64,000 nt of DNA from Octopus sinensis. Lineage: Eukaryota. Where the stretch lies: positions 84,072,001 to 84,136,000 of the forward strand of contig NC_042999.1 in the NCBI RefSeq assembly GCF_006345805.1, given 5' to 3'. The position numbers and the translations under genes were made by a program. Below the pieces are notes generated by a model, which saw nothing but the letters and a program-made list of their open reading frames with translations, was not told where the DNA came from and ran no database searches. Positions 51,960 to 64,000 of the stretch are shown piece by piece. The stretch's first letter is position 1. Each line of letters begins with the position of its first letter.

Positions 51960-53830
51960 CATGTATTCTAGGTTATCAGACAGTGTTGCTCAAGGAGCTG
52001 GCTTCCAAGTCCTATGATGTTATCAACCTCATGTATGCAAACTTGGTCACGGGATGTTCTTTGACACTTGGTGATTAAAAGATGTTGCCGAAGGGATATG
52101 ATGCGATATTCAAAGACATTTGCGATCGACTCAAGCCACTTCCTCCTTGTGTTCATTTTAGGTAGAGGCGGTCTACATCACTGTCTATGTGGAAATTATG
52201 TGTGCTTGTTAGTATTTTTCGGTTTTTCACATAGTTTGATCTCATCAAGCGTCCAATCAAGCAACCCAAATGTAGGTATGAGTACTGGTACTGCAAACAC
52301 ATTGTGGGCCAATGTTTTATTGAATGCAGAGGGCTCTGAGGTCCAAATTTTTTTCGGCTGTAATATTCTTTAGTGACACGTGTTTTGTTATAGGTGCTAC
52401 TGTAGAATTTTAACTTGTTGTACAAATATCCAACGATCAAGTCTATTTCAGGTGCTTTTCCATCTTGGAGTTTCTGGATCACAGTTGCGAGAGTTTCACC
52501 ATCAATGTTGTATGTTTTGGATGTAATGCAAGAGCAATAACTTTTCTGATTTCTTCCAGCCACAGAGCATCTTGGTTAAATTCCTTCTCTTCACTCCCGA
52601 TTTTCCTCTAGAAGGAATCTATGTGTTCTCGTGAAGGAGCTTCCGTAATGTTTACTGCCCCTCCTCTCATGTCTCTGTATACTGCTGCCTGATTGCGATT
52701 AAATCTTTTGTTTATTTTTCGTCTCTCTGTAATTGTCTTCTGAAGTCAGAGTTTTTCACTGACAGCTTTTAGCTCCTGCTTGAGAGTAATCAGTTTGCAA
52801 GTGAGTGTCTTTTTTTTGCTGTGTCCAAACATCATTTCTATCTCCTTCTTTATTTTCTGTTTGTGGAACGTATAGCGATTTGCTTGTTTGAATGCAATAA
52901 GCATCCTTACATGACTGATGGCCTTCCGTAAACCAGTTATCTTTTTCTTTGCCTTCAAAACCCAAGATGGTACTTTATTTGTTATTTCGCTTTTGTTTAC
53001 TTTTTGAATATTATTCATGTGTTGTTTTACAGTAGTAGCCAGAGCATATAGACAGGCGTTAATCTGCCAGTATGTGGGTTCATCACACTGTTGTAAATAC
53101 TCATCACCAATTTCATTAACAGCTTTTGATACCGTATCTGGTGTTTTTTGTTACTTACTTAGGTAGAGAATACCCTCTCCTCGGGAGAGTCCTTCAAAAC
53201 CAAAGTTTTTTTCTCCGAAAAATTTCAGTAAGGGCACAGTTCACTGGCATATAATCTTGACTACCACTACTTCTACAATAATCGCTGCGGTTGTGCCTGC
53301 TATTTACTATAATCGTAGTAGGGGGACAGTGGTCAGTAACTCGAGCCAGTCAAGTAGGTTGGCTAGCAGGCACTATAGAATCTGTCGGGAAGTCGCTACC
53401 TGCGAAACCACATTGTGGCCTTATATCATCCACGTTTTCGTTTTTGTTTCTTGAGTTCGGAAGAAGGTTAATTTTCGATTTATTAATAAAGTTACAGTTA
53501 CTAACCTTCTTTCTATGCTCTACAAATGTTGCCTGTTGGCATAGTTGCTTCGCAGTAAAGTGATTTAATTCTGGATGTAGATCGTCCCAATTTGATTTCA
53601 TGTAGCCAATAGCGGGGTTTTGTTTCGCATTTTCGTAGCAGTTAAATAGATCATTATTCAATTCATAACTCCAAGAGAAATGATTTTTTTGTAATTATGG
53701 TTTCTTCTATAACAACAGCTAGAAAGAATTTGTTCACCTGTTGAGCTGTTGTTTTCGTTCTGTTCCTCGATTGTGTTGTTGTTGATGTTGTGTCCAGCCA
53801 TATTGTTTGTAGTAACTCTCTGCATGCTAT
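51960..53830 (-). mobile_element. Internally deleted R4/Dong-type non-LTR retrotransposon
   Basis: CYENAKQNPAIGYMK, YWQINACLYA, PSWVLKAKKKITGLRK...LKQELKA, IQKLQDGKAPEIDLIVGY (RT start) joined to NFHIDSDVDRLYL and FEYRIISLRQHL (post-RT). The RT core is missing. Confidence 0.8.
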
Positions 53831-54759
53831 ATTTAAGTTTCAATCGAAAATCACTCTGTATGTATGTATATATGTATGTATGCATGTATGTATGTATGTA
53901 TGTATGTATGCATGCATGTATGTTTTATATATGTGTATGTAGACACAGACACACATAGAATATATTTATGTATCTATGTACGGGTATGTACGTTTTTATG
54001 TGTGTCTGTATGTATGTAAGTACGTATGCATGTGTGTATGTATGTATGCATGTTTTTACGTACGTATGCATGTATATATGTATATTGAAGTTGTAATTAA
54101 TACCTGACGAGAAGTAGCCGAACAAATACGTTCTTTTTCAAAGACAATTTTCAGGCTTTCCTCAAAAGTGATTATGCTACTAACATTTCATAGATATAAA
54201 AACGTTCATTATACCCATTTATATGTATAAGCGATTTCTGGTTAATTTAGTACGTAATATGAAACGGTGATTATGCCCTGTCTCGTCATCCATACTTAAA
54301 CATGGGGTAATTGTAATTGTTGAATTTCAGGACAGAGATGTTTTCCAATTCTTCGAATCTTCATGACTGAAAGTCACACGCCCAAAAAGCGCGCGCGCGC
54401 CCAAACACAGTTGCGCCATAGGACTGGTCACGGCTGGAATGCTTCACACCGTATTGTTATGATTGATGCTGTGCGATAATACCAATACAAACACCAACAC
54501 ATTAAACACAGCAAACGTAACTGACAATTCAGACTTAATACATATGTTCCTTAAGATTACTGCTGTTATTAATTAATCTTATAGCACCAATAATGGGCAC
54601 CAGATTTGGGGAGGGACTAAGTCGATTAAATCGAATCCAGTATTCAACTGCTACTTATTTATCAACCCCGACGGAATTTGAATGTAAAGACGAGCGAAAT
54701 GCCGCTAAGCATTTTGCCTGACGTGGTAATGATACTACTAGCTTATTGCCATCTATAGA

Positions 54760-54781
54760 ACGAATAATAATAATGATGATG

Positions 54782-54879
<98 letters not shown>

Positions 54880-55846
54880 GGTAATTATAATAGAAACAAA
54901 GAACCTGCAAGTGGTAATGGAAGAACTGAAACAGTGCTTCGTTGCAAAGAAAGCAAAGATGGTAAGAGACGACCAAAGAATGAAGAGGTACTACAAGAAT
55001 AGGTTATTCAGAGTAGTTCAAAAGAGATTCCTAACAGAAATAAACAGAATGTGTGCAGATGACAATTTGATGCCAGATAACATTGAAAGTTAAAGGTATT
55101 AGGGTGACTTCCGGAGCAAAGACAAGGAGCACAAGAAGGATGCTGAATGGTTGAAAGAACTAACACAAACAGTAGTCTATCCACAACATGTAGAACTGGT
55201 CATTTCAGTTAGGGAAGAGAAGGAAATCAGCAAAAAGATGGACAACTAGAAGACCCCGGGACGAGATGGAGTTCAAGGCTACTGGATCAAAAGATTTGGT
55301 GAATGCCATGCACGAATACCTGCACAACTCAATACCTTGTTAAATGCCGACCAAGTAACACCAGAGTAGCTTCCAATGGGTAGGGCAATGCTGTGCTTGA
55401 AAAACACCGAAAAAGGCAATACGGTAGACAATTACAAACCGATATCCTGATTGCCACTTGTGTGGAAATTGTTGACTGGAATAGTCGCAGAGTCAATCTA
55501 CTGACAGCTGGAAAAACAAGGACTCCTACCACATGAGCAGAAGGGGTGGAAGCGAAGTGCAGAGGTACCAAGTATCCTCTCCTGGTAGACAAAACTGTCC
55601 TTTGAGACTGCAAGAGGAGGAAACTTAATTAGCCATGTTCTGGATCGATTATTATAAGGCATATGATATGATCCTACATTCTTGGATTATAGAATGTATG
55701 AACCCACTTGGTATTGCTTCGAATGATGAGCGATTGCCTGGAAAAATATGGCGAAGTAGAGGACATAAAAGTAAATAATAATAACAACAATAATAATAAT
55801 AATAATAAAATAATAATAATAATAAATAATAATAATAATAATAATA

Positions 55847-55878
<32 letters not shown>

Positions 55879-56786
55879 GGTAATTATAATAGAAACAAAG
55901 AACCTGCAAGTGGTAATGGAAGAACTGAAACAGTGCTTCGTTGCAAAGAAGCAAAGATGGTAAGAGACGACCAAAGAATGAAGAGGTACTACAAGAATAG
56001 GTTATTCAGAGTAGTTCAAAAGAGATTCCTAACAGAAATAAACAGAATGTGTGCAGATGACAATTTGATGCCAGATAACATTGAAAGTTAAAGGTATTAG
56101 GGTGACTTCCGGAGCAAAGACAAGGAGCACAAGAAGGATGCTGAATGGTTGAAAGAACTAACACAAACAGTAGTCTATCCACAACATGTAGAACTGGTCA
56201 TTTCAGTTAGGGAAGAGAAGGAAATCAGCAAAAAGATGGACAACTAGAAGACCCCGGGACGAGATGGAGTTCAAGGCTACTGGATCAAAAGATTTGGTGA
56301 ATGCCATGCACGAATACCTGCACAACTCAATACCTTGTTAAATGCCGACCAGTAACACCAGAGTAGCTTCCAATGGGTAGGGCAATGCTGTGCTTGAAAA
56401 ACACCGAAAAAGGCAATACGGTAGACAATTACAAACCGATATCCTGATTGCCACTTGTGTGGAAATTGTTGACTGGAATAGTCGCAGAGTCAATCTACTG
56501 ACAGCTGGAAAAACAAGGACTCCTACCACATGAGCAGAAGGGGTGGAAGCGAAAGTGCAGAGGTACCAAGTATCCTCTCCTGGTAGACAAAACTGTCCTT
56601 TGAGACTGCAAGAGGAGGAAACTTAATTAGCCATGTTCTGGATCGATTATTATAAGGCATATGATATGATCCTACATTCTTGGATTATAGAATGTATGAA
56701 CCCACTTGGTATTGCTTCGAATGATGAGCGATTGCCTGGAAAAATATGGCGAAGTAGAGGACATAAAAGTAAATAATAATAACAAC

Positions 56787-56856
<70 letters not shown>
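54760..56856 (+). mobile_element. Tandem duplication (about 998 bp) of an R4/Dong-type RT fragment plus (AAT)n(GAT)n(GGT)n
   Basis: KTPGRDGVQGYWIK, DNYKPIS*LPLVWKLLTGI, LLPHEQKG and a WIDYxKAYD-like segment (TGGATCGATTATTATAAGGCATATGAT) occur twice: about 54890-55771 and 55889-56770. Confidence 0.9.
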
Positions 56857-57759
56857 TTTTTCTCTCACAAGGGTTCTCAAGAAATAATATCAACGTCAGT
56901 AACAACAACAGCAAATACGACTCATGAGGATTCATCCCTTCAGTCAAGTGCCTAGTCTTTGCGTGTGACTTCCAATGAGCTTCAGATTTACCAACAAATC
57001 CTCAGTCCTCATAAGTCTCATCGGAATTAAAACACACTGGAGGAAAAATTGTATTTATATTTTCATGAAATAGAAATATTCGATCCCACTTTACATTTGC
57101 AGCATACGAATGATCTCTTAACAAATCATAAGACATTTAATGTTCTTGTGACTCTCAGTTTATCACCCCTCTGATTCATATGGCCAATGCATTTTTATTA
57201 TTGAGCCTAAACAAGAAAAGCTTCTATGCATGAGATGCCAGATTTATTGAAAACTTCAATGTTACAGACACTGACCTTCCACGTATATCAACACAAATTT
57301 CACTAGCAACGTATGGAGAAGGCAGTTTCTTTCTACACAGACTTACACATACAGACAGACATACATATATACATACGCATATACATGTAGACATGTACGA
57401 GTATATTTATTCATATTTTGGTTTGAAAAAAATATCTTGTATATTTCATACTCTATGAATACATATGTTTTCACTTTGTTATGTTGATTTCGGAACATTC
57501 AACCTCAAAACAAGAGATCAAATGCTTGATTCAATTCCATCGATTTCTTTCCTACTTTTTTTTCTCTCGATTTAGTCATCATGTAAATATAATTCTGTAT
57601 GTGATATATTGAATTGGGAAATTTATTTTCGGAGAAATTTAAGGAAAAGACATTTCTCCTTTCTTTGTATTTTCATTATCGCTGTCGTCGTCTTCGTCGT
57701 CGTTGTCGTCGTCATCATCCTCATCATCATTATTGTTGTTGTTGTTATTATTATTATTA

Positions 57760-57804
<45 letters not shown>

Positions 57805-58016
57805 CACCGAATGTCGAAGAGAGAATCTTTAACAGTAGCAGGCTGATATAAAAATTATAAAATTATAGATACAATAAAAAAACATTGATATTTGCTGTGT
57901 GTGTGAGAGAGAGAGACAGAGGGAGAGAGAGAGAAAGAAAGAGAGAGAGAAAAGAGAGAGAAAAAGAGAGAGAGGAGGAGAATGTGTCTGCACGTGTCAT
58001 AGAATTGATGAACAGA

Positions 58017-58026
58017 TAGATGGATG

Positions 58027-58115
<89 letters not shown>
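58017..58115. repeat. (GATA)n microsatellite
   Basis: Direct reading. Confidence 0.95.
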
Positions 58116-58116
<1 letters not shown>

Positions 58117-58525
58117 AATAAAATTAATGTTTGGGGAAAAAATATAACATAGAATGAAACACAACAGCGAAAAAGAGAGAAGAAATAGAGATACAGAGAG
58201 ATAGTAAAGCAAATGAAGTGATTTCAAGAAAGGATTATTAGAGACTAGAGTGGGTAACAAGTAGGAAGTTTATATATTAATTTTTACCGAAGTGGAATAG
58301 AGAAAATCATTGGTGCGAATTGATAAGTCAGAAAGTTTTCGTTATATTTACTGTTTGACATTCTAGTTGATGTGATGAAAATAATTTCTAAATGTCTGGA
58401 GAGAGAATTGTGGAACTAAGAGTATAAAACTTTTCGTACGCTGCTTATTGTAATCTCCCAACAGATAAAGACAACAATGCATGAGTATGTACGTGCGCAG
58501 GTATATATTCATATATATATATATA

Positions 58526-58653
<128 letters not shown>

Positions 58654-59299
58654 CATGTAAATTTATTTATGTATGCACGTATACGAGAGATACTTAAGGT
58701 TGGCTGCACTATTTTTCGTTGACTCTCTCTAAATTGGTGTTATAGTAAACAAAGCATTAACACTTTACTAAATATAACAACAGATTCTTCTGTTGCTACT
58801 GCGACACTGGCATCGATTGACGTTCAATTAATACAGTGTGGTCAAACATGGTCGCAGATCCAGTCATGCATGATGATTTGTTTGTTGTTGATGATTGTAC
58901 ATGGAAGGAAGAATATTAGTACGATGTCTCTATCTCTATTTATGTTACTCTTTGTTCTATGATTATCCGACTGTGTTGCATTCCCTTAACTTCCCTCTTT
59001 TTTTTTTATCGTTCTCTCTCAATCGCTCAAATGCAGATACTGACATCACCCTCACTCACTTTCTATCTAATTGCATCTCTCACTCACACTCTTTCGTCTC
59101 TAACAATATCTTTGTTAATTAAATAATTTCGATTTATAATACAAAACTAGGTTCGATTTTTGCCCTATTTTGGTGCGTGGAATTAATCAGAGTTATGACA
59201 CAAAATTGCGTCTACATGTGCATAAATGCATACATATTTTCACAGAGACCAACAGGGAGTGTGTATATACATATACACCCCAGAAACATATAATCACAT

Positions 59300-59409
<110 letters not shown>

Positions 59410-60119
59410 ATATATATACGTATACATACATATATCTATATATCTGTATGTGTGTGTATGAAACCGAAATACATTTATATTAGGTATATCTAAAGGCAAT
59501 GTATGTCAATCTGTGCAGCGCAGGGCACACAACTATTCATAACTATAAAATACACTTATTTTTGTTGTTTTCTATTGCCTCATTTCATTTTCACAAATGT
59601 CGTAAGTGTAAAACGTTGAATACATTTCAGTTTCTCTTAGAAGGAAAATTATTGTTCCTTTTAAATTCGTAGCCTTCGACCTCATATATCTTTGCCTTGA
59701 TCGCACAAAATTCGTCAGTTGGGCATGTCAATTTCCTCTGTATAATTTTATGGATTGTACTTTCTATATTTGGAGTTCAGTAATAACTGAATTTCAGATA
59801 AATTCTTTTCAAATTATTCTGCCGCGATTTTGGCTTATTAGCAAGTCATATGCATATTTCTAAAAATCTATTTTAGGATTTTAAAAACTTTATTTAGTTT
59901 TTTATAATAATCGTGGACAAGTGTTTGAATTGTATCAGCGTAACGTGCCTGCTTTTAGCTCTGCACTAGAAGACAGTTTACAAATCCATGTGCTATCATA
60001 CCTGTGGAGGAGAGGTAGGATTTAACCTTGACATATTTTAGAAAAGGCAAGTCTATAATAAAAGTTATAATAGCTGTTACCTAGATTATGGAGACATCCA
60101 AGAAGTGTCTTATCTGTAA

Positions 60120-60490
60120 GTTAGTATTGATAGTTATTGTTCAGAGTCCTGATATATTTCTGCCTAAAGTATTCTAGCACAGACCAATTAGCAGAATTGT
60201 TCACTGTTAGATTGTCGTCTCTATAAAACCTGACACAGGTGCTTATGGATAAACTTTTCCAAATGTTCAGTATGGAATAATGTGATATAGATCTAGACCT
60301 CTGTATGACCATCTACCTATACTGACCGTACCTGTTGGGCCTGATATTTGACACAGACCGAACATCTATGGGAAAAAGAATCTCCCTATATCCTCTATAA
60401 CATGATAAAATTTTGCAAAGTCTTGCACTCTACAAAGCAAAGTATGATAGAGACCGACATGTCGAAGTCAACAATACTGATTTGCAATAT
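60120..60490 (-). mobile_element. Highly decayed PLE RT remnant
   Basis: RFYRDDNLTVNNSANW resembles the GLYRDDGLAVxNxNG motif C region of the family A-type RT. Confidence 0.45.
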
Positions 60491-62169
60491 CGTAAAATTA
60501 TTTTAACATTTGATGATTATTTTGTTTCAGGCCCAGTCTTGGAGATGAGTTAGGAATTAATTTCCGAAATTAGTCGTTACCCCACCCCTGCTTAGAATAG
60601 TTTATGATCTAGCTGCATTTTATTCCTGGAATCTATGATAAGCTCCGTGCTTAGATATGCATTCCATTCTATCTCTTATTCTTACTTTCTGGACTACTAA
60701 GTATGAATATTATTATGTGTGTGTGTCTGCTGTTTGTATCTTCTGGAATCTATTTCGTATAGATTCGTGAGATCTATTTCGTATAAATTCATTAGAAAGT
60801 ACGAATGAATTAATATTTTTATTAATATATAGGGCGGATTAGGGCGGCAAGCTAGCAAAATCGTTAGCACGCCGAGAAAAATGCTTTGCACATTTCGTCC
60901 GTCTTCGCGTTCCTAATTCAAGTACGCTGAAGTCGACTTTGCTTTCATCCTTTCTGCGTTCCATGTAATTTACTTACCCCCCCCCACACACACACACACA
61001 AATGCTTACTTTGAGCCAAAATTTGAAATCAATACTTTAAATATATTTTAAGGTAGTGTACAGGCAGACTAGTTGGCATGCTGGGATAAATATTTAGCGA
61101 CATTTCGTCCGTCTTTGCATTGTGAGCTCATATTTCAACAGCGTAGACTTTATCTGTTATCCTTTCTACCTGAATAAAATAAATAACAGTTGAACACAGT
61201 TGCGCTGGTCTTGTGCCAAAAGTTGAAAGCAATATCTTTAATATCGACTCGATTTTCTTTCCGATTAATGCTCATATGCGTACATAATTGAACATCTGTC
61301 ACTAGATCTTTTGGATCGCCGTTCAGTTCTTCTGGATTTTTCATCTGACGATGGTGATATTTTATTCTGGTTTTTACGCTTAAATATTTTCTAATTAATT
61401 TATTTTCATGCAACATTTACCTAAATTAATTATTTTTAAATGCTACCGATTTTAATTTCATTATTTTACAGTTCTAAAATTAATAAATTTTTACTCAATA
61501 TTAACTTTACTTTTGTTAGCACTTTATTAATTTTAGTTATTTGTAAATAACTCTCTTAGCTCACTCATTATCAACATCATCACCTTCATCATCATCATTA
61601 TCAAAATCTTTTCGTAATTTGATTTCTTTCTCCTTGTCCTGCTTTTCTTGATTTTTCTCTTCAATAATCTTTCCTTGGTTTTAATCTAAAAATGTATAAA
61701 TATTTTTAATATTTGTGTTAAAGAAAATACTTATGACTATGAACACGGCAGCTTTCAGGACACTCATAGTTAATGACTCACTGTTTCGCGTTTTACCTCA
61801 CAATTATTGAGAGTAATATATATATTAGAAGGGTTTTTCTTTCTCCTTGTTTGTCTCTCTGTCGTACTAAATCTACCAACCCCATTGTCCGTGTATGTAT
61901 AGCAGTTACACGTTTCTTTAAAGATTTTGTCTTGTAGATTTCTAATATGACATATGCCAAACTGACGATACTTGTCGAAGAATGTTGTTGAAGTAACTAT
62001 GTTATTGTGCAGTGTAAATCTTCAGAGCACAGCCATTACAACTAACCGCGTTTGAATACGTGACATTTCCAGTGCTAAATAAGATGTTCACAGAGAAGCG
62101 TGTTGTAATAGTTAAGAATTTTGCATTGCCATTAAAAGTCTTGAGCTCGATCATAGTTCACTTAAATTA

Positions 62170-62586
62170 AAGTAGTGCCAGTTGATGTTCTCGTCAGTGG
62201 TGGAGGTTTACGGGCGTTCTGCTTCCTCTTCGTGCGTCAGGCTTGACCAGCCACTCTTAAACTTCTCCATCCACTCATACGCACTTCTACGCAGTAGTGC
62301 AATCTCCCCGTATTGTCTTAAAATCCTCCGATGATTTCCAGCATGTGACACACCTTTCGACTAGAGAAATAATATCACTGCTCTTTGTTCTTCTTTGGTG
62401 CACATAGTGGAGCAGCCATGCTTACACTGTAAAGCCAGAAAGAGAAATGGCGCGATCAGGCTCAGATATCGGTCACTTGACCATAATAGTACCAACTATA
62501 AGTACGCATAAGTAGAAAGGACTGTGACAATAATAAAGAAATATCATGGCGAAAGTGCAGATAAGTTTTGACTCGCCATTGTGTAT
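62170..62586 (-). mobile_element. Mariner 5' end with TIR and N-terminal transposase
   Basis: Minus strand: MAAPL.CTKEEQRAVILFL*SKGVSHA..HRRILRQYG...RSAYEWMEKFKSG...TSTTDENI. TIR-like TACACAATGGCGAGTCAAAACTTATCTGC at 62586-62558. Confidence 0.85.
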
Positions 62587-64000
62587 ATATATATATATAT
62601 ATATCCCCGATTAGGTGATCTTGCACGCCATCCCCACCTTATCACTTGCCTATGCTGTAATGCTAATATGGGATCGAGCTAATTTTTGCCATTCATACTC
62701 AGTCTCTGATTGTGTCATTTAGGTTCCCTCTCCGAACATAATGCAATACCAATGCACATTCGTCGCTAATTTTCACACCTCGACATCTGTTTTAAAGTCT
62801 AAAACCGGATTAATACGACATTTCCCGTTTGATGGAGTAGACGCTGCGGCACACATCGGCCAAGGTTTCTTCTTCGTGCTTATTTGTAGGCAAATGGAAG
62901 ACCCTTTTTTTCCTAAATAAACAGAAACAACGAAATAGAGGTATTTTATTTTGCTGCTTTCTCATTTTCCCATGAGATCACTGGACACGGAGTCTCAATA
63001 TATTTAATGAGTCTCTCGAACATTTTCCTCAGAAAGCAGGCATACCATTTGTTTTTGCCTCTTCATCGTAACTCTAACAAAAGTACTACTTCTCGTATTG
63101 TTACAATATTTGGCTGTCACTTCTGCATTTTTATCGTTTGTCTATTTGCAAATATCTGTATCGATAACTATATCTGCCTGTTTCATAGTAATTTGTGAGC
63201 ATTTTCCAATTTATCATTATTTTAACGTTACGATTTGCCCTACGACTTATAAGCACTTTTGTGGAGTGCATCCCTTCAGGTTCCCTTAGAGCTGGCAATC
63301 TAGGACTATAAGTAAAGAATGCTTTTCAGCAATAGAATAACTACTTTCCATAATTTTGTGGTTGATAGCAAGATGATGTTCATTTTGGAGTGCATATCAT
63401 TTTCTTTTATTATTACCATATAGACGGCCGTTGCCCTATCTCCGTAAAACTCTCTAATCTGAGCATATTTTCTTGTTTCCTTGTCTAAGTTCCTATGTTT
63501 CTGTCTGTTAGACATGACATATAAATCACAGTTCCTACATTGGTGCGTTTTAAGAGCCTCTGTGGGGGTGCATTACCGTGTCATTGTGACACTTCTTAAT
63601 ATTTGGGAACGTTGTCGGTCATATAGCTAACACAGTTTTCGGTATGTTACTCATAACATTTTTTATGCGCTACTCATCAAAAAGCTTAGCATTATGTTAC
63701 TGCATTTTGTACCTAGTATTAGTGTAAGTATTGCTTCATTAAATTTTTCACATATATCAATCTTTATAATCTTATTTTGGGGATGATATTTTGATAAACT
63801 GGTGGGGAGCCTTAATCTCTGTGTTGTTAAAATTTCTTCCCATATTCTATTTCTTACTGGTCAACGACAGTTGAGTGCAGTCAGTAATAAAATTACATTT
63901 ACTAATCAGTGCTGGATATTTATACCTTACTCGGTTATAAATACTTTTTCTTCCTGTATTTACTATTCGTTTTTTGATGATAAATCCTTGTATTTTGTGT

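Noticed and set aside
61150-63520. Protein-like minus-strand stretches (ORF 61150-61416, an acidic run at about 61560-61680, a THAP-like hint near 62880)
   Set aside because: No convincing motif or consistent splice structure. Could be a decayed DNA transposon or host exons; tblastx or RNA-seq would be needed.

Overview
AT-rich eukaryotic DNA full of microsatellites. The SINE and repeat families suggest an octopus-like coleoid cephalopod (inference). I found no host protein-coding exon, tRNA gene or rRNA gene; most ORFs in the supplied track are translations of (TA)n, (CA)n or trinucleotide repeats. The window is mostly transposable-element debris: tRNA-derived SINEs, four mariner remnants, one Tc1 remnant, a TA-flanked MITE, a Helitron-like element and R4/Dong-type LINE fragments. 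The main signal is a dense set of Penelope-like elements (PLEs). One is near full length (RT + C-terminal GIY-YIG, minus strand, 23.2-27.1 kb, with inverted pseudo-LTRs). Two are 5'-truncated copies whose endonuclease fragments the ORF track misses, and several are non-coding fold-back derivatives. By eye these carry 12 type-I hammerhead ribozyme cores from several subfamilies. Some have a non-canonical U.U pair at 10.1/11.1 or long stem II insertions. One PLE fragment begins at the predicted self-cleavage site. All RNA folds were read by eye and none was computed or tested.
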